DNA of 64,000 nucleotides. Origin: an uncultured Actinomycetota bacterium. Its GTDB lineage: Bacteria; Actinomycetota; Acidimicrobiia; Acidimicrobiales; Bog-793. Location: the NCBI GenBank assembly GCA_963735115.1, contig CAVTJR010000003.1, positions 1,352,641 to 1,416,640 of the forward strand. The letters run 5' to 3'. The position numbers and the translations under genes are program-made. The first letter of the stretch is position 1, and each line of letters opens with the position of its first letter. The notes under the pieces are model-generated. The model did no database searches, was not told where the DNA came from, and saw nothing but the letters and a program-made list of their open reading frames with translations. Of this stretch, positions 26,968-36,213 are shown in pieces.

Positions 26968-28554
26968 GTGGCTTCAGTTGTGGTGGAACCCGCCAGTGAA
27001 GCACCGAAGAAGGGCCTGAAGGGCGGAGCGCTCGGGCTCATCTCGAGCGTCGTCATCGGCGTCGCCTCGACGGCCCCGGCGTACAGCCTGGCGGCCACGC
27101 TCGGATTCGTCGTGGCCGTCATCGGCTTCCAGGCGCCCATCGTCACGATCCTGGCCTTCATCCCGATGTGGTGCATCTCGGTCGGCTACAACGAGCTCAA
27201 CAAGGCCGACCCGGACTGCGGTACGACCTTCACGTGGGCGACGAGAGCCTTCGGGCCGAAGACGGGCTGGTGGGGCGGTTGGGGCATCATCGCTGCCGAC
27301 GTCATCGTCATGGCCAGCCTCGCTCAGATCGCCGGTCAGTACGTCTTCGACCTCTTCAACACCACGAGCATCGGCGACGTCCCCTCGAGCGGCTGGGTGC
27401 TACTCGTCGGCATCCTCTGGATCGTCCTCATGACGGCGATCTGCTACGTCGGAATCGAAGTGTCGGCCAACTTCCAGAAGGCTCTCCTCGGCATCGAGCT
27501 GACGATGTTGACGCTGATGTCGGTGTTCGCCCTTGTCAAAGTAGGTAACGGCTCTGCCCCGGTCGGGCACCTCACGCCCGCCTGGAGCTGGTTCAACCCG
27601 CTCGACGACCACGTCAGCAACCTGATCGTCGGCTTCTCGCTCATGCTGTTCATCTACTGGGGGTGGGACACGGCTGTCGCCTGCAACGAGGAGACAGCCG
27701 ACGCAGAGACTGTGCCCGGCAAGGCTGCCGTCCTCTCGACGTTCATACTGCTCGCCATCTACGCCCTTGTCGTCCTCTCGGTGCAGTCCTTCGCCGGGCT
27801 CGGTACGACGGGAATCGGTCTCAGCAACCCGAACAATGTCAACGACGTCCTCTCCGTCCTCGGGCCGGCCATCTTCGGCCACTCCCACCTGGCCTCCATC
27901 CCCGTCCACTTGCTGTACCTGATGATTCTGTCTTCAGCGGCAGCGTCCACACAGACCACGATCCTGCCCACGGCACGCACGACGTTGTCGATGGCGGTGT
28001 ACAGGTCCATCCCGTCGAAGTTCGCCCAGATGCACAAGCGCTTTCTCACACCCACGTTCTCGACGCTGGTCATGGGCCTGGTTTCGATCGTGCTCTATGT
28101 CATCATGAACTACCTCTCCCAAGGGCGGGTCATCGGCGACGCCGTCTCGGCGATCGGCGTGTGGATCGCCTTCTACTACGGACTCACCGGCTTCTCTTGC
28201 GTCTGGTACTACCGATCGACGCTGCGTGAAAGCACCCGCAACCTCTTCATGAGAGGAATCGTCCCCGCCTTCGGTGGCGTGGTGCTGTTCTTCATCCTCG
28301 GTTGGAGCTTCTGGTACTACTGGAGCGCCTCTCGTAGCGGCAGCTACACGTCGTTCACGCTTCCGTTCCCGCCACACGAACAGGTGAGCGGCGTCTTCGT
28401 GATCGACGTTCTCACGATCGTCGTCGGGATCATCCTGATGTTCGTTTACAAGGCCATCGCCCCGGCCTTCTTCCGCGGCGAGACGCTCAACCGGGACTCG
28501 GCGACCCTCGTTACGGAAGACTTCCTCGCCAGACAGGGCGCCCCAGAGCAGTAG
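26968..28554 (+). CDS. APC family amino acid/polyamine permease
   Basis: The 528-aa protein is polytopic and hydrophobic. The N-terminal part LKGGALGLISSVVIGVASTAPAYSLAATLG is typical of the APC superfamily. Confidence 0.9.
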   Translation: MASVVVEPASEAPKKGLKGGALGLISSVVIGVASTAPAYSLAATLGFVVAVIGFQAPIVTILAFIPMWCISVGYNELNKADPDCGTTFTWATRAFGPKTGWWGGWGIIAADVIVMASLAQIAGQYVFDLFNTTSIGDVPSSGWVLLVGILWIVLMTAICYVGIEVSANFQKALLGIELTMLTLMSVFALVKVGNGSAPVGHLTPAWSWFNPLDDHVSNLIVGFSLMLFIYWGWDTAVACNEETADAETVPGKAAVLSTFILLAIYALVVLSVQSFAGLGTTGIGLSNPNNVNDVLSVLGPAIFGHSHLASIPVHLLYLMILSSAAASTQTTILPTARTTLSMAVYRSIPSKFAQMHKRFLTPTFSTLVMGLVSIVLYVIMNYLSQGRVIGDAVSAIGVWIAFYYGLTGFSCVWYYRSTLRESTRNLFMRGIVPAFGGVVLFFILGWSFWYYWSASRSGSYTSFTLPFPPHEQVSGVFVIDVLTIVVGIILMFVYKAIAPAFFRGETLNRDSATLVTEDFLARQGAPEQ

Positions 28555-28595
28555 CTCACGGCAACCGAGCCAGCGAACCTGCCGTCCTACCCAAC

Positions 28596-28640
28596 CTGGT
28601 AGTGAGTTAGGTACCAATTTCGACCGAAACCCACTACCAG
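28596..28640 (+). terminator. Hairpin downstream of the permease gene
   Basis: CTGGTAGTGAGTT (28596-28608) pairs with AACCCACTACCAG (28628-28640), with one mismatch and an AT-richer loop. Confidence 0.45.
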
Positions 28641-28734
28641 AACTCTCCCCGCGCCAGCTTCGGGAGGCGGCGTCGGCCGCTGAGTGGGGAACGGGCGCGC
28701 ACCGACCAGGCGTCGGCCGCCGAGCGCCGGCCGC

Positions 28735-29874
28735 TCAGGCGAGCGCCTGCGCGAGATCGGCTACGAGGTCGCCGACGGACTCGAGACCGACGGACAAGCG
28801 AAGCAGGCCGGCATCGACGGCGAGCGGTGAGCTCGCAACGGAGGCGTGCGTCATGCGCGCCGGGTGCTCGATGAGGGATTCGACCGCTCCGAGCGATTCG
28901 GCGAGCGTGAACAGCTTCGTCCTGGCGGCCACCTCGAGGGCCGTCACCTCGCCGCCGGCGAGTACGAACGACACCATGGCGCCGAAGTCCCGCATCTGGC
29001 GCTTGGCGACGTCGTGTCCGGGGTGGGAGGCGAGACCCGGGTAGCAGACTCGTGAGACGGCCGGGTGCTCGACGAGGAACTCAGCCACGACACGAGCGTT
29101 GGCGCACTGCCGGTCCATGCGGACGGCGAGGGTTTTGAGGCCGCGTTGCACGAGATAACAGTCGAAGGGGCTCGGCACCGCCCCGGCGGAGTTTTGGATG
29201 AACGCCACGTGCTCCGCCAGGGCTGCGTCACTGGTGAGCACGGCCCCACCGACGACGTCGGAGTGGCCGCCGAGATACTTCGTGGCCGAGTGCACGACGG
29301 CATCAGCCCCGAGCGCGAGCGGCTGCTGGAGGTAGGGAGTCGCGAAGGTGTTGTCGACCACGCACCAACCCTGACGAGAATGAGCGACGTGGGCGAGCGC
29401 CTCGATGTCGGCGATCCGAAGCGTCGGGTTGCTAGGGGACTCGATCCATACGAGCTTCGTCGACGGCTGCCAGGCGGATGCCACGGCATCCGGGTCGGTG
29501 ACATCGACCGGCGTGTGCGAGATGCCGTACTCGCCAAAGACGCGGGCAATGAGGCGCCAGGTCCCCCCGTAGGCGTCCTCCGGAATCAGCAGGTTGTCCC
29601 CGGGCCGCAGGCGCCGCAAAAGAGCGTCCTCGGCCGCCATCCCGCTCGCGAAGCAGAAGCCGTGCGCCGCCCCCTCGAGCGCCGCCAGCGTTCCCTCCAG
29701 CGTGGCGCGCGTCGGGTTGGCCGTCCGGCTGTAGTCGAAGCCCTTGTGCTCGCCGACGGCACGCTGGGCATAGGTCGTCGCCAGATGCACCGCCGGGATG
29801 ACGGCCCCGGTGGCTGCATCGGGAGGTTGGGCGGCGTGGATCGCCAAGGTCTCGAACCCGAGCTCTGCAGTCAT
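28735..29874 (-). CDS. Cystathionine gamma-lyase/gamma-synthase family PLP enzyme
   Basis: The sequence reads ETLAIHAAQ...YSRTANPTRATLE...HSATKYLGGHSDVVGGAV (PLP-Lys region). A 4-nt overlap (29871-29874) links it to the upstream CBS gene, consistent with reverse transsulfuration. Confidence 0.9.
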   Translation of the reverse strand: MTAELGFETLAIHAAQPPDAATGAVIPAVHLATTYAQRAVGEHKGFDYSRTANPTRATLEGTLAALEGAAHGFCFASGMAAEDALLRRLRPGDNLLIPEDAYGGTWRLIARVFGEYGISHTPVDVTDPDAVASAWQPSTKLVWIESPSNPTLRIADIEALAHVAHSRQGWCVVDNTFATPYLQQPLALGADAVVHSATKYLGGHSDVVGGAVLTSDAALAEHVAFIQNSAGAVPSPFDCYLVQRGLKTLAVRMDRQCANARVVAEFLVEHPAVSRVCYPGLASHPGHDVAKRQMRDFGAMVSFVLAGGEVTALEVAARTKLFTLAESLGAVESLIEHPARMTHASVASSPLAVDAGLLRLSVGLESVGDLVADLAQALA

Positions 29875-31583
29875 CTGCCCTTCTCCCCCGTCCGGTTCGC
29901 CTGGGCAAGAAACCCAAGGGCGTCCGTTCTCGTCAACACCCCGACCGGGTGCCCGTGGTCGATCACGAGCACGGCCGGCGCCTCCTCGAGGCGGTGGATG
30001 GCCAACTCGACGCTCTCGCCACTGCCGACGGTCGGCAGTGGCACGCTCATGACCTCGCGTACCGACCGGTCGAGGAGGGAAGCGTCCTCGAAGGCACGCT
30101 GCATGAGCTCGCGTTCGTGCACGGCCCCGATGACCTCCGCCTCGGCGAGCGGTGGCTCCGCCTGCACGACCGCCAACTGCGAGACCCCGAACTCCTGCAT
30201 GATGCCGATCGCCTCCCTAGCCGAGTCGTCCGGGTGGACATGGATCAGCTCCGGCAGCGTCGCCCCTTTGCGCTCCAACAGATCTGCCACCGTCTGCCCG
30301 ATCTCGCGAAGGAAGCCGTGGTCGGCCATCCACTCGTCGTTGTAGAGCTTCGACAGGTAGCCGCGGCCGGAGTCGGGGATCAACGTGACGACGACGTCGT
30401 CTGCGTGCAGCTCGGGTGCGAGATGCAACGCAGCCCAGAGCGCGGTGCCCGTCGAGCCGCCGACGAGGATCCCTTCCTCCACACCGACCCGCCTCGCCAT
30501 CAGGAAGGAGTCCGTGTCCCTCACCATGATCACCCGGTCGACGACGTCCGGGTCGTAGGTCGTCGGCCAGAAGTCCTCGCCGATCCCCTCGACAAGGTAG
30601 GGCCGGCCCGAACCGCCGGAGTAGACCGAGCCCTCCGGGTCCGCGCCGATGATCTGCACGTCCGGGTTCTCCGACTTGAGATAGCGGCCGATCCCGCAGA
30701 TCGTGCCGCCCGTGCCGATTCCGGCGACGAAGTGCGTCACCCGGCCGGCTGTCTGGCGCCAGATCTCCGGGCCGGTCGTGCGTACATGTGAGTTCGGGTT
30801 CTCCGGGTTGTGGTACTGGTCCGGGTGATAGGCACCCGGGATCTCCTCAGCAAGGCGAGCCGTCACCGAGTAGTACGACTCCGGGTGGTCCGGCGGCACG
30901 GCGCTCGGGCACACGACCACCTGTGCGCCGTAGGCGCGCAAGAGGGTGATCTTCTCCGCCGACATCTTGTCCGGCATCACGAAGATGCAGTGGTAACGAC
31001 GGCGTGCTGCCACGATGGCAAGGCCGACGCCGGTGTTGCCCGAGGTGCCCTCGATGATGGTCCCCCCCGGCTTGAGGAGGCCGTCGCGCTCGGCTTGATC
31101 GATCATCGCCAGGGCGGGCCGGTCTTTCACGCTTCCCCCGGGGTTGAGGTGCTCGAGCTTGGCCAGGAGCGGGCACGGGAGGTCCTTGCCGATGCGATCG
31201 AGTCGGACGAGCGGCGTGTTGCCGACCAGCTCGAGCAACGAGCCGACCACGTCCATGGGCGCCCCGCGGTCGCTGAGCGGGAGCACCTCGACGCCGGCGA
31301 GGCTCGGCCGGCCGGTGACGTCCTCGTCGGTATGCAGGCGTACCGGCAGCCCGGCGCGGTGCAGACGAGCCGCCACCTCCGGGGCGAAGGGACCCACGAC
31401 AGTGACGCGCTTTGGCAGGCGTGCCCGCAGGTCCGTCATGACGAGCGGCGACACCTCGGCGTCGGGCAGATCGACGACGCGGGTGTTGCGGGCGATAAGG
31501 AAGTCGGGCACCGTCGCCTGACCTGCGATCACGAGTACTTCCATTGCCCCATGTTGCCGCGTGCGGGCTGTCAGTGTCGCCAT
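29871..31583 (-). CDS. Cystathionine beta-synthase (PLP domain plus CBS-pair) with an in-frame ~95-109 aa N-terminal extension
   Basis: The core from ATG 31256 reads MDVVGSLLELVGNTPLVRLDRI...LNPGGSVKDRPAL...GTSGNTGVGLA, with a C-terminal CBS pair. The frame stays open upstream to 31583 with coding-like codon usage. Confidence 0.9.
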   Translation of the reverse strand: MATLTARTRQHGAMEVLVIAGQATVPDFLIARNTRVVDLPDAEVSPLVMTDLRARLPKRVTVVGPFAPEVAARLHRAGLPVRLHTDEDVTGRPSLAGVEVLPLSDRGAPMDVVGSLLELVGNTPLVRLDRIGKDLPCPLLAKLEHLNPGGSVKDRPALAMIDQAERDGLLKPGGTIIEGTSGNTGVGLAIVAARRRYHCIFVMPDKMSAEKITLLRAYGAQVVVCPSAVPPDHPESYYSVTARLAEEIPGAYHPDQYHNPENPNSHVRTTGPEIWRQTAGRVTHFVAGIGTGGTICGIGRYLKSENPDVQIIGADPEGSVYSGGSGRPYLVEGIGEDFWPTTYDPDVVDRVIMVRDTDSFLMARRVGVEEGILVGGSTGTALWAALHLAPELHADDVVVTLIPDSGRGYLSKLYNDEWMADHGFLREIGQTVADLLERKGATLPELIHVHPDDSAREAIGIMQEFGVSQLAVVQAEPPLAEAEVIGAVHERELMQRAFEDASLLDRSVREVMSVPLPTVGSGESVELAIHRLEEAPAVLVIDHGHPVGVLTRTDALGFLAQANRTGEKGR

Positions 31584-31658
31584 CTCCCCGCCCGGAGCCC
31601 GCTCTCGGCCGGTGAGAGCGTCCGTCGTCTGCTCCGGCAGGCCAGGCCGCCGCTCGGA

Positions 31659-33629
31659 TCAGTCAGGCCTGAAGACGACGACCTGGTCGCGACCCCGCGC
31701 CTTGGCGCGGTACATCGCCAGGTCCGCCTCGTGCACGACTTCCTCCAGCGACGGACCGTGCGTCGGGAAGAGCGCCACGCCGATCGAGGCGGTCACGCTC
31801 CCAAGCCCCGCGCAGGTGGGCGGGAGGGCAGCCAAGGTCTTGCGTACCATTTCGGCCACGCGCTCAGCCCCGCGGGCATCAGCGCCGTGCAACACGAGCA
31901 GGAACTCGTCGCCGCCGAAGCGCACGGCAGCATCACCCGACCGCACGGCGCCGGCCAGCACGCGGGCGGCGTTGCGCAGCGTCACGTCTCCCACGGCGTG
32001 CCCGCAGGTGTCGTTCACGCGCTTGAAGTGATCGAGATCCACGAGGAGGATGGCCAGCTCGGAGCCCATGCGCAGCGCCTGGGCGGCTTCTCTGGGCGCC
32101 AGCTCGTCCCACCAGCGCTTGTTGAGGAGGCCCGTCAGCTTGTCGGTGAGGACTCGCTGCTCGAGCTCGGAGTAGAGCTGGGCATTCCGCCACGCGGCTG
32201 CGGCCAAGTATCCGATGAGAGCGCAGCGCTCGACCTCTTCCTCGCTGAAGCGGTCGAGGCCGTCGCGCCAGACGTCGAGCGCTCCGAGCCGCTGGTCGCC
32301 GGCGATCAACGGGATGACCACGATCGACTCGTCATAACGTCCGCCGGTGCTGCCGGGGATGTGGGCGGCCTCCGCATGGGTGAACGTGTCGCCGCAGTTG
32401 TAGGGCTCGCCCCGGAGAAACGCCCAGCCCGTGATGCCCGTATCCATGAGGTCGTCGACGTCGGCGAGCCCCTCCAACCCCTCGCCTTTCACAACGAGGG
32501 GGCGCAGCGTGTAGTGGTTCCAGTCAGCCTCGAAGATCGCCAAGCGGTCGACGGGCAGCACGCGGGGCAGCAATTCGGCGACGGTCTCGAGAATGTGGAG
32601 CGGATCGTGCTCGGCTTGCAAGGTCCGCGCCGCATTGCCAAGGGCGCGGGCGAACTCACGATCGTCGGCGGCAACCTTCGAGCTCGACAGGGGGGAGTAG
32701 GAGACGGGAATCCGCTCCCGGTCGTGCCGCCCGAGCACGCGCACCGAACGCTCACGGAACCACGATCGATTGACGACCTGGTCGCCAGCCTCGGCGAGCC
32801 ACGGATCGAGCACCACAGGTGGGTGCAGGTAGGTGCCGATGCCGACTTGCTGGCCCAGCTCGATCCAGAGCTGGGCGGCGTGCTCGTCGTCCACCTTGCG
32901 CACGACGATCCTCGTCCCGAGCCGGCCGAAATACGACATGAGCGCCGCCACCTCGGCTCGTGCCCGCGGCTCGGCGCGGATCCGGTCAGCAAAGCTGCCC
33001 TGCAGCATGGCAAAGGCCGGCTGCAATTCCGCCACCTCGGCACTGGCGAGCGACGACACGTCGATCTCGTCGAGGGCCAAGGCGAAACCCATCTTCGAGA
33101 GCCAGTGCGCCCGCTCGAGGCTCCGAGCAGGCGACTCATCGGGCCGCCTCGCCGGCAGCAGCCACACGAGCTCAGCCGGCATGACGCCCGCAGCCGCCGT
33201 CATGGCAGGCAGGTCCTCTCCCACGTCCAAGAACAGCCGCTCGTCCGCCGGCACCACCAGGACGGCCGGGTTCACGATCGGCACGAGCTCGAGCGCCCGG
33301 GCGAAGTCCTCGACGGGCTGCGACGGGCCGTGCAGAGGTCGGCGCAGCACCTCGTAGCCGACGGCGCTCCGGTCGCCGATCTCCAGCAGCGGCTGCAGAG
33401 CGATGCCCTGTTTCAGTAGCTGATTGCCCTCCGAGCTGCCTGAATGCGGGCGCGCGGCGTCAAGCTGAGCCATTTGCACAGAGGAGCCGCCCGAGCCTTC
33501 GCTCTCGGGCGCCGGTATGCCCACGGGCGCAAGAGTACCGGGGGAGGAAGGCACGCTGTCGACTCCGCACCGTCGCTCCTGGTCGCCGCTTCCCGGCACG
33601 CTGTCGGGCATCGCCGCCGGGAGGGTCAC
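31659..33629 (-). CDS. Degenerate EAL - GAF - GGDEF signalling protein (diguanylate cyclase)
   Basis: The N-terminal part is LQPLLEIGDRSAVGYEVLRR (EAL-like, with later metal-binding motifs degenerate). The middle is a GAF-like region. The C-terminal part is LTGLLNKRWW...DLDHFKRVNDTCGHAVGD...RFGGDEFLL...ADLAMYRAK. Confidence 0.85.
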   Translation of the reverse strand: MTLPAAMPDSVPGSGDQERRCGVDSVPSSPGTLAPVGIPAPESEGSGGSSVQMAQLDAARPHSGSSEGNQLLKQGIALQPLLEIGDRSAVGYEVLRRPLHGPSQPVEDFARALELVPIVNPAVLVVPADERLFLDVGEDLPAMTAAAGVMPAELVWLLPARRPDESPARSLERAHWLSKMGFALALDEIDVSSLASAEVAELQPAFAMLQGSFADRIRAEPRARAEVAALMSYFGRLGTRIVVRKVDDEHAAQLWIELGQQVGIGTYLHPPVVLDPWLAEAGDQVVNRSWFRERSVRVLGRHDRERIPVSYSPLSSSKVAADDREFARALGNAARTLQAEHDPLHILETVAELLPRVLPVDRLAIFEADWNHYTLRPLVVKGEGLEGLADVDDLMDTGITGWAFLRGEPYNCGDTFTHAEAAHIPGSTGGRYDESIVVIPLIAGDQRLGALDVWRDGLDRFSEEEVERCALIGYLAAAAWRNAQLYSELEQRVLTDKLTGLLNKRWWDELAPREAAQALRMGSELAILLVDLDHFKRVNDTCGHAVGDVTLRNAARVLAGAVRSGDAAVRFGGDEFLLVLHGADARGAERVAEMVRKTLAALPPTCAGLGSVTASIGVALFPTHGPSLEEVVHEADLAMYRAKARGRDQVVVFRPD

Positions 33630-34414
33630 GCTCCGAAGATTACGGCTCCTTTGCTGGTGTACCAGTCGAGCACCTTCACGACGAGCCTTCCCGCCCGAAC
33701 GGCCGGATCGTCCTCCGCCAGCAGGCGGGCCGTTTCCCGCGATCCGGTCTCGTACAGGCCGATACCGCGCATGGACTCGCCGTCTTCGCCCGCAAGTGGG
33801 CCGGCCACACGCAGGTAGCCAGCCGCTCGCATCTTGGCGAGATGCCCTAGGTGCAGGCTCTGCAACGATGCCAGCTCCTCCTCGGACTCGTCGGGGAGAT
33901 CGTCGGGGCGGATGAGAAGGACGAGCTCATAGCGGTCGAACTCGGCGGGCGGCTCCCCGGGCTGCAGCACTTCCAGCGCGCGAAGCTGCTCCCGGTGAAG
34001 ATCCAGGTGGAAGCTTGCGTTGCCCTCGCAGAGAGACCCGATCGGCGTCGGCTGATCGACCACGACCACTCCCCCGTCCCGAATCATCGCCGGCACTGGC
34101 GTCGTCGCCTTCGCGCCGAGGGCGGTGTGGGCGGCGGCCAGGCGGGCGGCGGAGCGCTCGACAGCGTCGGCCAGCTCGCCGAGCCCGCCGGAAGCCAGTG
34201 CCTGCAGTCGGTCGTCGTCGACCGCTGGGGCGTTGTCGTAGCTCGGATGCTCCCCTGCCATCACCCGCTCGGCCACCTCGGCGATGAGGTCGTTGTTCAC
34301 AGCCACGTGGGCGGCGATGAGCCCTGCGGGCCAGCCCTCCTCCGGCGTGTTGAAGGAGCCCGCTCGCAGGCTCGCGATGAACGGGGCATAGGCGGCTTCG
34401 ATCGTGTCGCTCAT
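33626..34414 (-). CDS. DinB/MDMPI-like N-terminal domain fused to a YciI-like domain
   Basis: The start ATG at 34414 is preceded by GAGGAAGAGGAG. The sequence MSDTIEAAYAPF...HVAVNNDL... is DinB-like. The C-terminal part YELVLLIRPDD...HLGHLAKMRAAGYLRVAGPL...DDPAVRAGRLVVKVLDWYT is YciI-like. A 4-nt overlap links it to the GGDEF gene. Confidence 0.7.
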   Translation of the reverse strand: MSDTIEAAYAPFIASLRAGSFNTPEEGWPAGLIAAHVAVNNDLIAEVAERVMAGEHPSYDNAPAVDDDRLQALASGGLGELADAVERSAARLAAAHTALGAKATTPVPAMIRDGGVVVVDQPTPIGSLCEGNASFHLDLHREQLRALEVLQPGEPPAEFDRYELVLLIRPDDLPDESEEELASLQSLHLGHLAKMRAAGYLRVAGPLAGEDGESMRGIGLYETGSRETARLLAEDDPAVRAGRLVVKVLDWYTSKGAVIFGA

Positions 34415-34650
34415 CCGGTGCTCCTCTTCCTCGAGGTGGGAAGAGCCCGAGGCGGACGTTTCCTGGGCCCTGTTGACCTGGACACTGTCAAGCGGGCGGG
34501 ACCATGTCAATGGCCACTGACGAGCGGGCGGCGAGGACGTCGGTTCCGGCTCCGGGCGACCGCAACAGCTTGATGATCTGACTGAGCTACCGTTTGGGAG
34601 CGCCTCGGCCTTCCTCGGGTCGAGTGTTGGCGCAAAAGGAGGCGGTACCG

Positions 34651-35751
34651 ATGTCGCATGCAACGACGAGCCGTTCGGAACGGGCACGGCGGCGCAAGAG
34701 GCAGTCGGTGGCGGCGTCGACCCTGACTGCGGGCTTGCTCCTCGGTGCGCTCGTGGCGGCGAGTCCCGCCGGCGCGGCGCTTCGAAGCACCCATCCCAGC
34801 TCGAAGAGGCCAGGCGACTACCGCTTCAACGCCCCTGACGCAGCCGCAGTCGCCGGCGCGGACCTGTTCGTCGCCAACAGGATGGGTAACTCCATCACCG
34901 AGGTGAGGGCCTCCAACGGAGCCTTCGTCAGGCTCATCGAAGGCTCGAGATACCGCTTTGACGAACCAAGCGCCCTGCTCGTGCTCGGCAAGGACCTCTT
35001 CGTGGCGAACGCGAAGGCTGGCGTGACCGAGCTCGCCATCAGCAACGGTGCTCTCGTGCGAACATTCCGGGGCGCCAGGTACTTCTCGGGCGCGGTCGCC
35101 CTCGCCACGGACGGCTCCAACGTGTACGTCCTTAATGCCGGCGGGTCGGGCTCGGTCACCAAGCTCGCCGCGGGCACCGGGAAGATGAGCGTGGCCAAGT
35201 TCCGGTTCGATGTGCCGACAGCAATCGTCTCGGTTGGCACCGAGCTGTTCGTGACGAACAGCAGGGGCAACTCCGTCACCGAGATCGACGCCACCACCAT
35301 GACGTCGAACACCCTGAAAGCTTCCAGGTATCAGTTCGAAGAGCCGACCGGGATGGCCGTTGACGGCGGAGCCGTGTGGATCACCAACTACCTGGGCCCG
35401 ACGGTGACGGTGATCTCCGCCAGCACCGGCGAACTCGTGAAGGTGGTTCCGGACATGGACGGCAACCTGCCGAATCCCGGCCCGATCATCTTCGCCGACG
35501 GCAACTTCTATGCCGCCAGCCCGCCTGGGTCCTCCCCCATGATCACGAGGGTCCAACCAGGTAACACAGTGATGATGCCCTGGATGATGTGCAACACCAA
35601 CGGTCCCTACGAATTCAGCAATCCGCAAGCTTTGGCGGTCGCCGGGAGCACACTGTGGGTGGTCAACGAAGGAGGGCTCAATGCGCCCTACGGCCCGTCT
35701 CTGACGGAGATGAACGCCAGTTCCGGGGCCTTGATCCGGACGATCTCTTAG
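34651..35751 (+). CDS. Secreted beta-propeller repeat protein (NHL/YncE-like)
   Basis: AAGGAGG lies upstream of ATG 34651. The signal-like N-terminal part reads SRSERARRRKRQSVAASTLTAGLLLGALVAASPAGA. The repeated motif is ...LFVANxxGNSVTEI.... Confidence 0.75.
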   Translation: MSHATTSRSERARRRKRQSVAASTLTAGLLLGALVAASPAGAALRSTHPSSKRPGDYRFNAPDAAAVAGADLFVANRMGNSITEVRASNGAFVRLIEGSRYRFDEPSALLVLGKDLFVANAKAGVTELAISNGALVRTFRGARYFSGAVALATDGSNVYVLNAGGSGSVTKLAAGTGKMSVAKFRFDVPTAIVSVGTELFVTNSRGNSVTEIDATTMTSNTLKASRYQFEEPTGMAVDGGAVWITNYLGPTVTVISASTGELVKVVPDMDGNLPNPGPIIFADGNFYAASPPGSSPMITRVQPGNTVMMPWMMCNTNGPYEFSNPQALAVAGSTLWVVNEGGLNAPYGPSLTEMNASSGALIRTIS

Positions 35752-35861
35752 CTCGTAGTCAGGAGCCCTCGGGCGCCAGCCTCGGATCGTCTTTCTCTCG
35801 AGGTGTCGATATCGCCTCGCCTCGTTCGTCGTGATGGCAACGAGCGACTAGAGGAGGATCC

Positions 35862-36213
35862 ATGCGATACCTACTGATGATCTGTGGCGACGAGGCCGGC
35901 CTGGCGAGCTTGAGCCCGGAGGACGACTCCCGCATGTCGAGCGGGTACGAGGACTTCGGCAAGGAGATGGCTCAGCGCGGCGTCCTGCAGGGTGGCGAGC
36001 GCCTGCGGCCTTCAACCGACGCCACGACGGTGCGCGTGCGCAATGGCGACATCATCACGTCCGACGGCCCATTCGCCGAGACGAAGGAGCAAGTCGGTGG
36101 TTACTTCGTCGTGGACTGCAAGGATCTCGACGAGGCCATCGAGGTGGCGTCCAAGAATCCCCGGGGCACAATCGGGATCGATCGAAGTGAGGCCTATCTG
36201 GGAGATGACGTAG
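35862..36213 (+). CDS. DGPF / YciI-like protein; the canonical C-terminus is only reached by a +1 shift near 36153
   Basis: The sequence reads MRYLLMICGDE...SDGPFAETKEQVGGYFVVDCKDLDEAIEVAS in the 35862 frame. The family-typical end RIPGAQSGSIEVRPIWEMT plus stop (36211-36213) lies in the +1 frame, matching the tail of track ORF 35992..36213. Confidence 0.7.

Noticed and set aside
30810-33419. An 869-aa ORF on the + strand.
   Set aside because: It is antisense to the CBS and EAL-GAF-GGDEF genes, has low-complexity Arg/Gly/Asp/His composition and has no motif.
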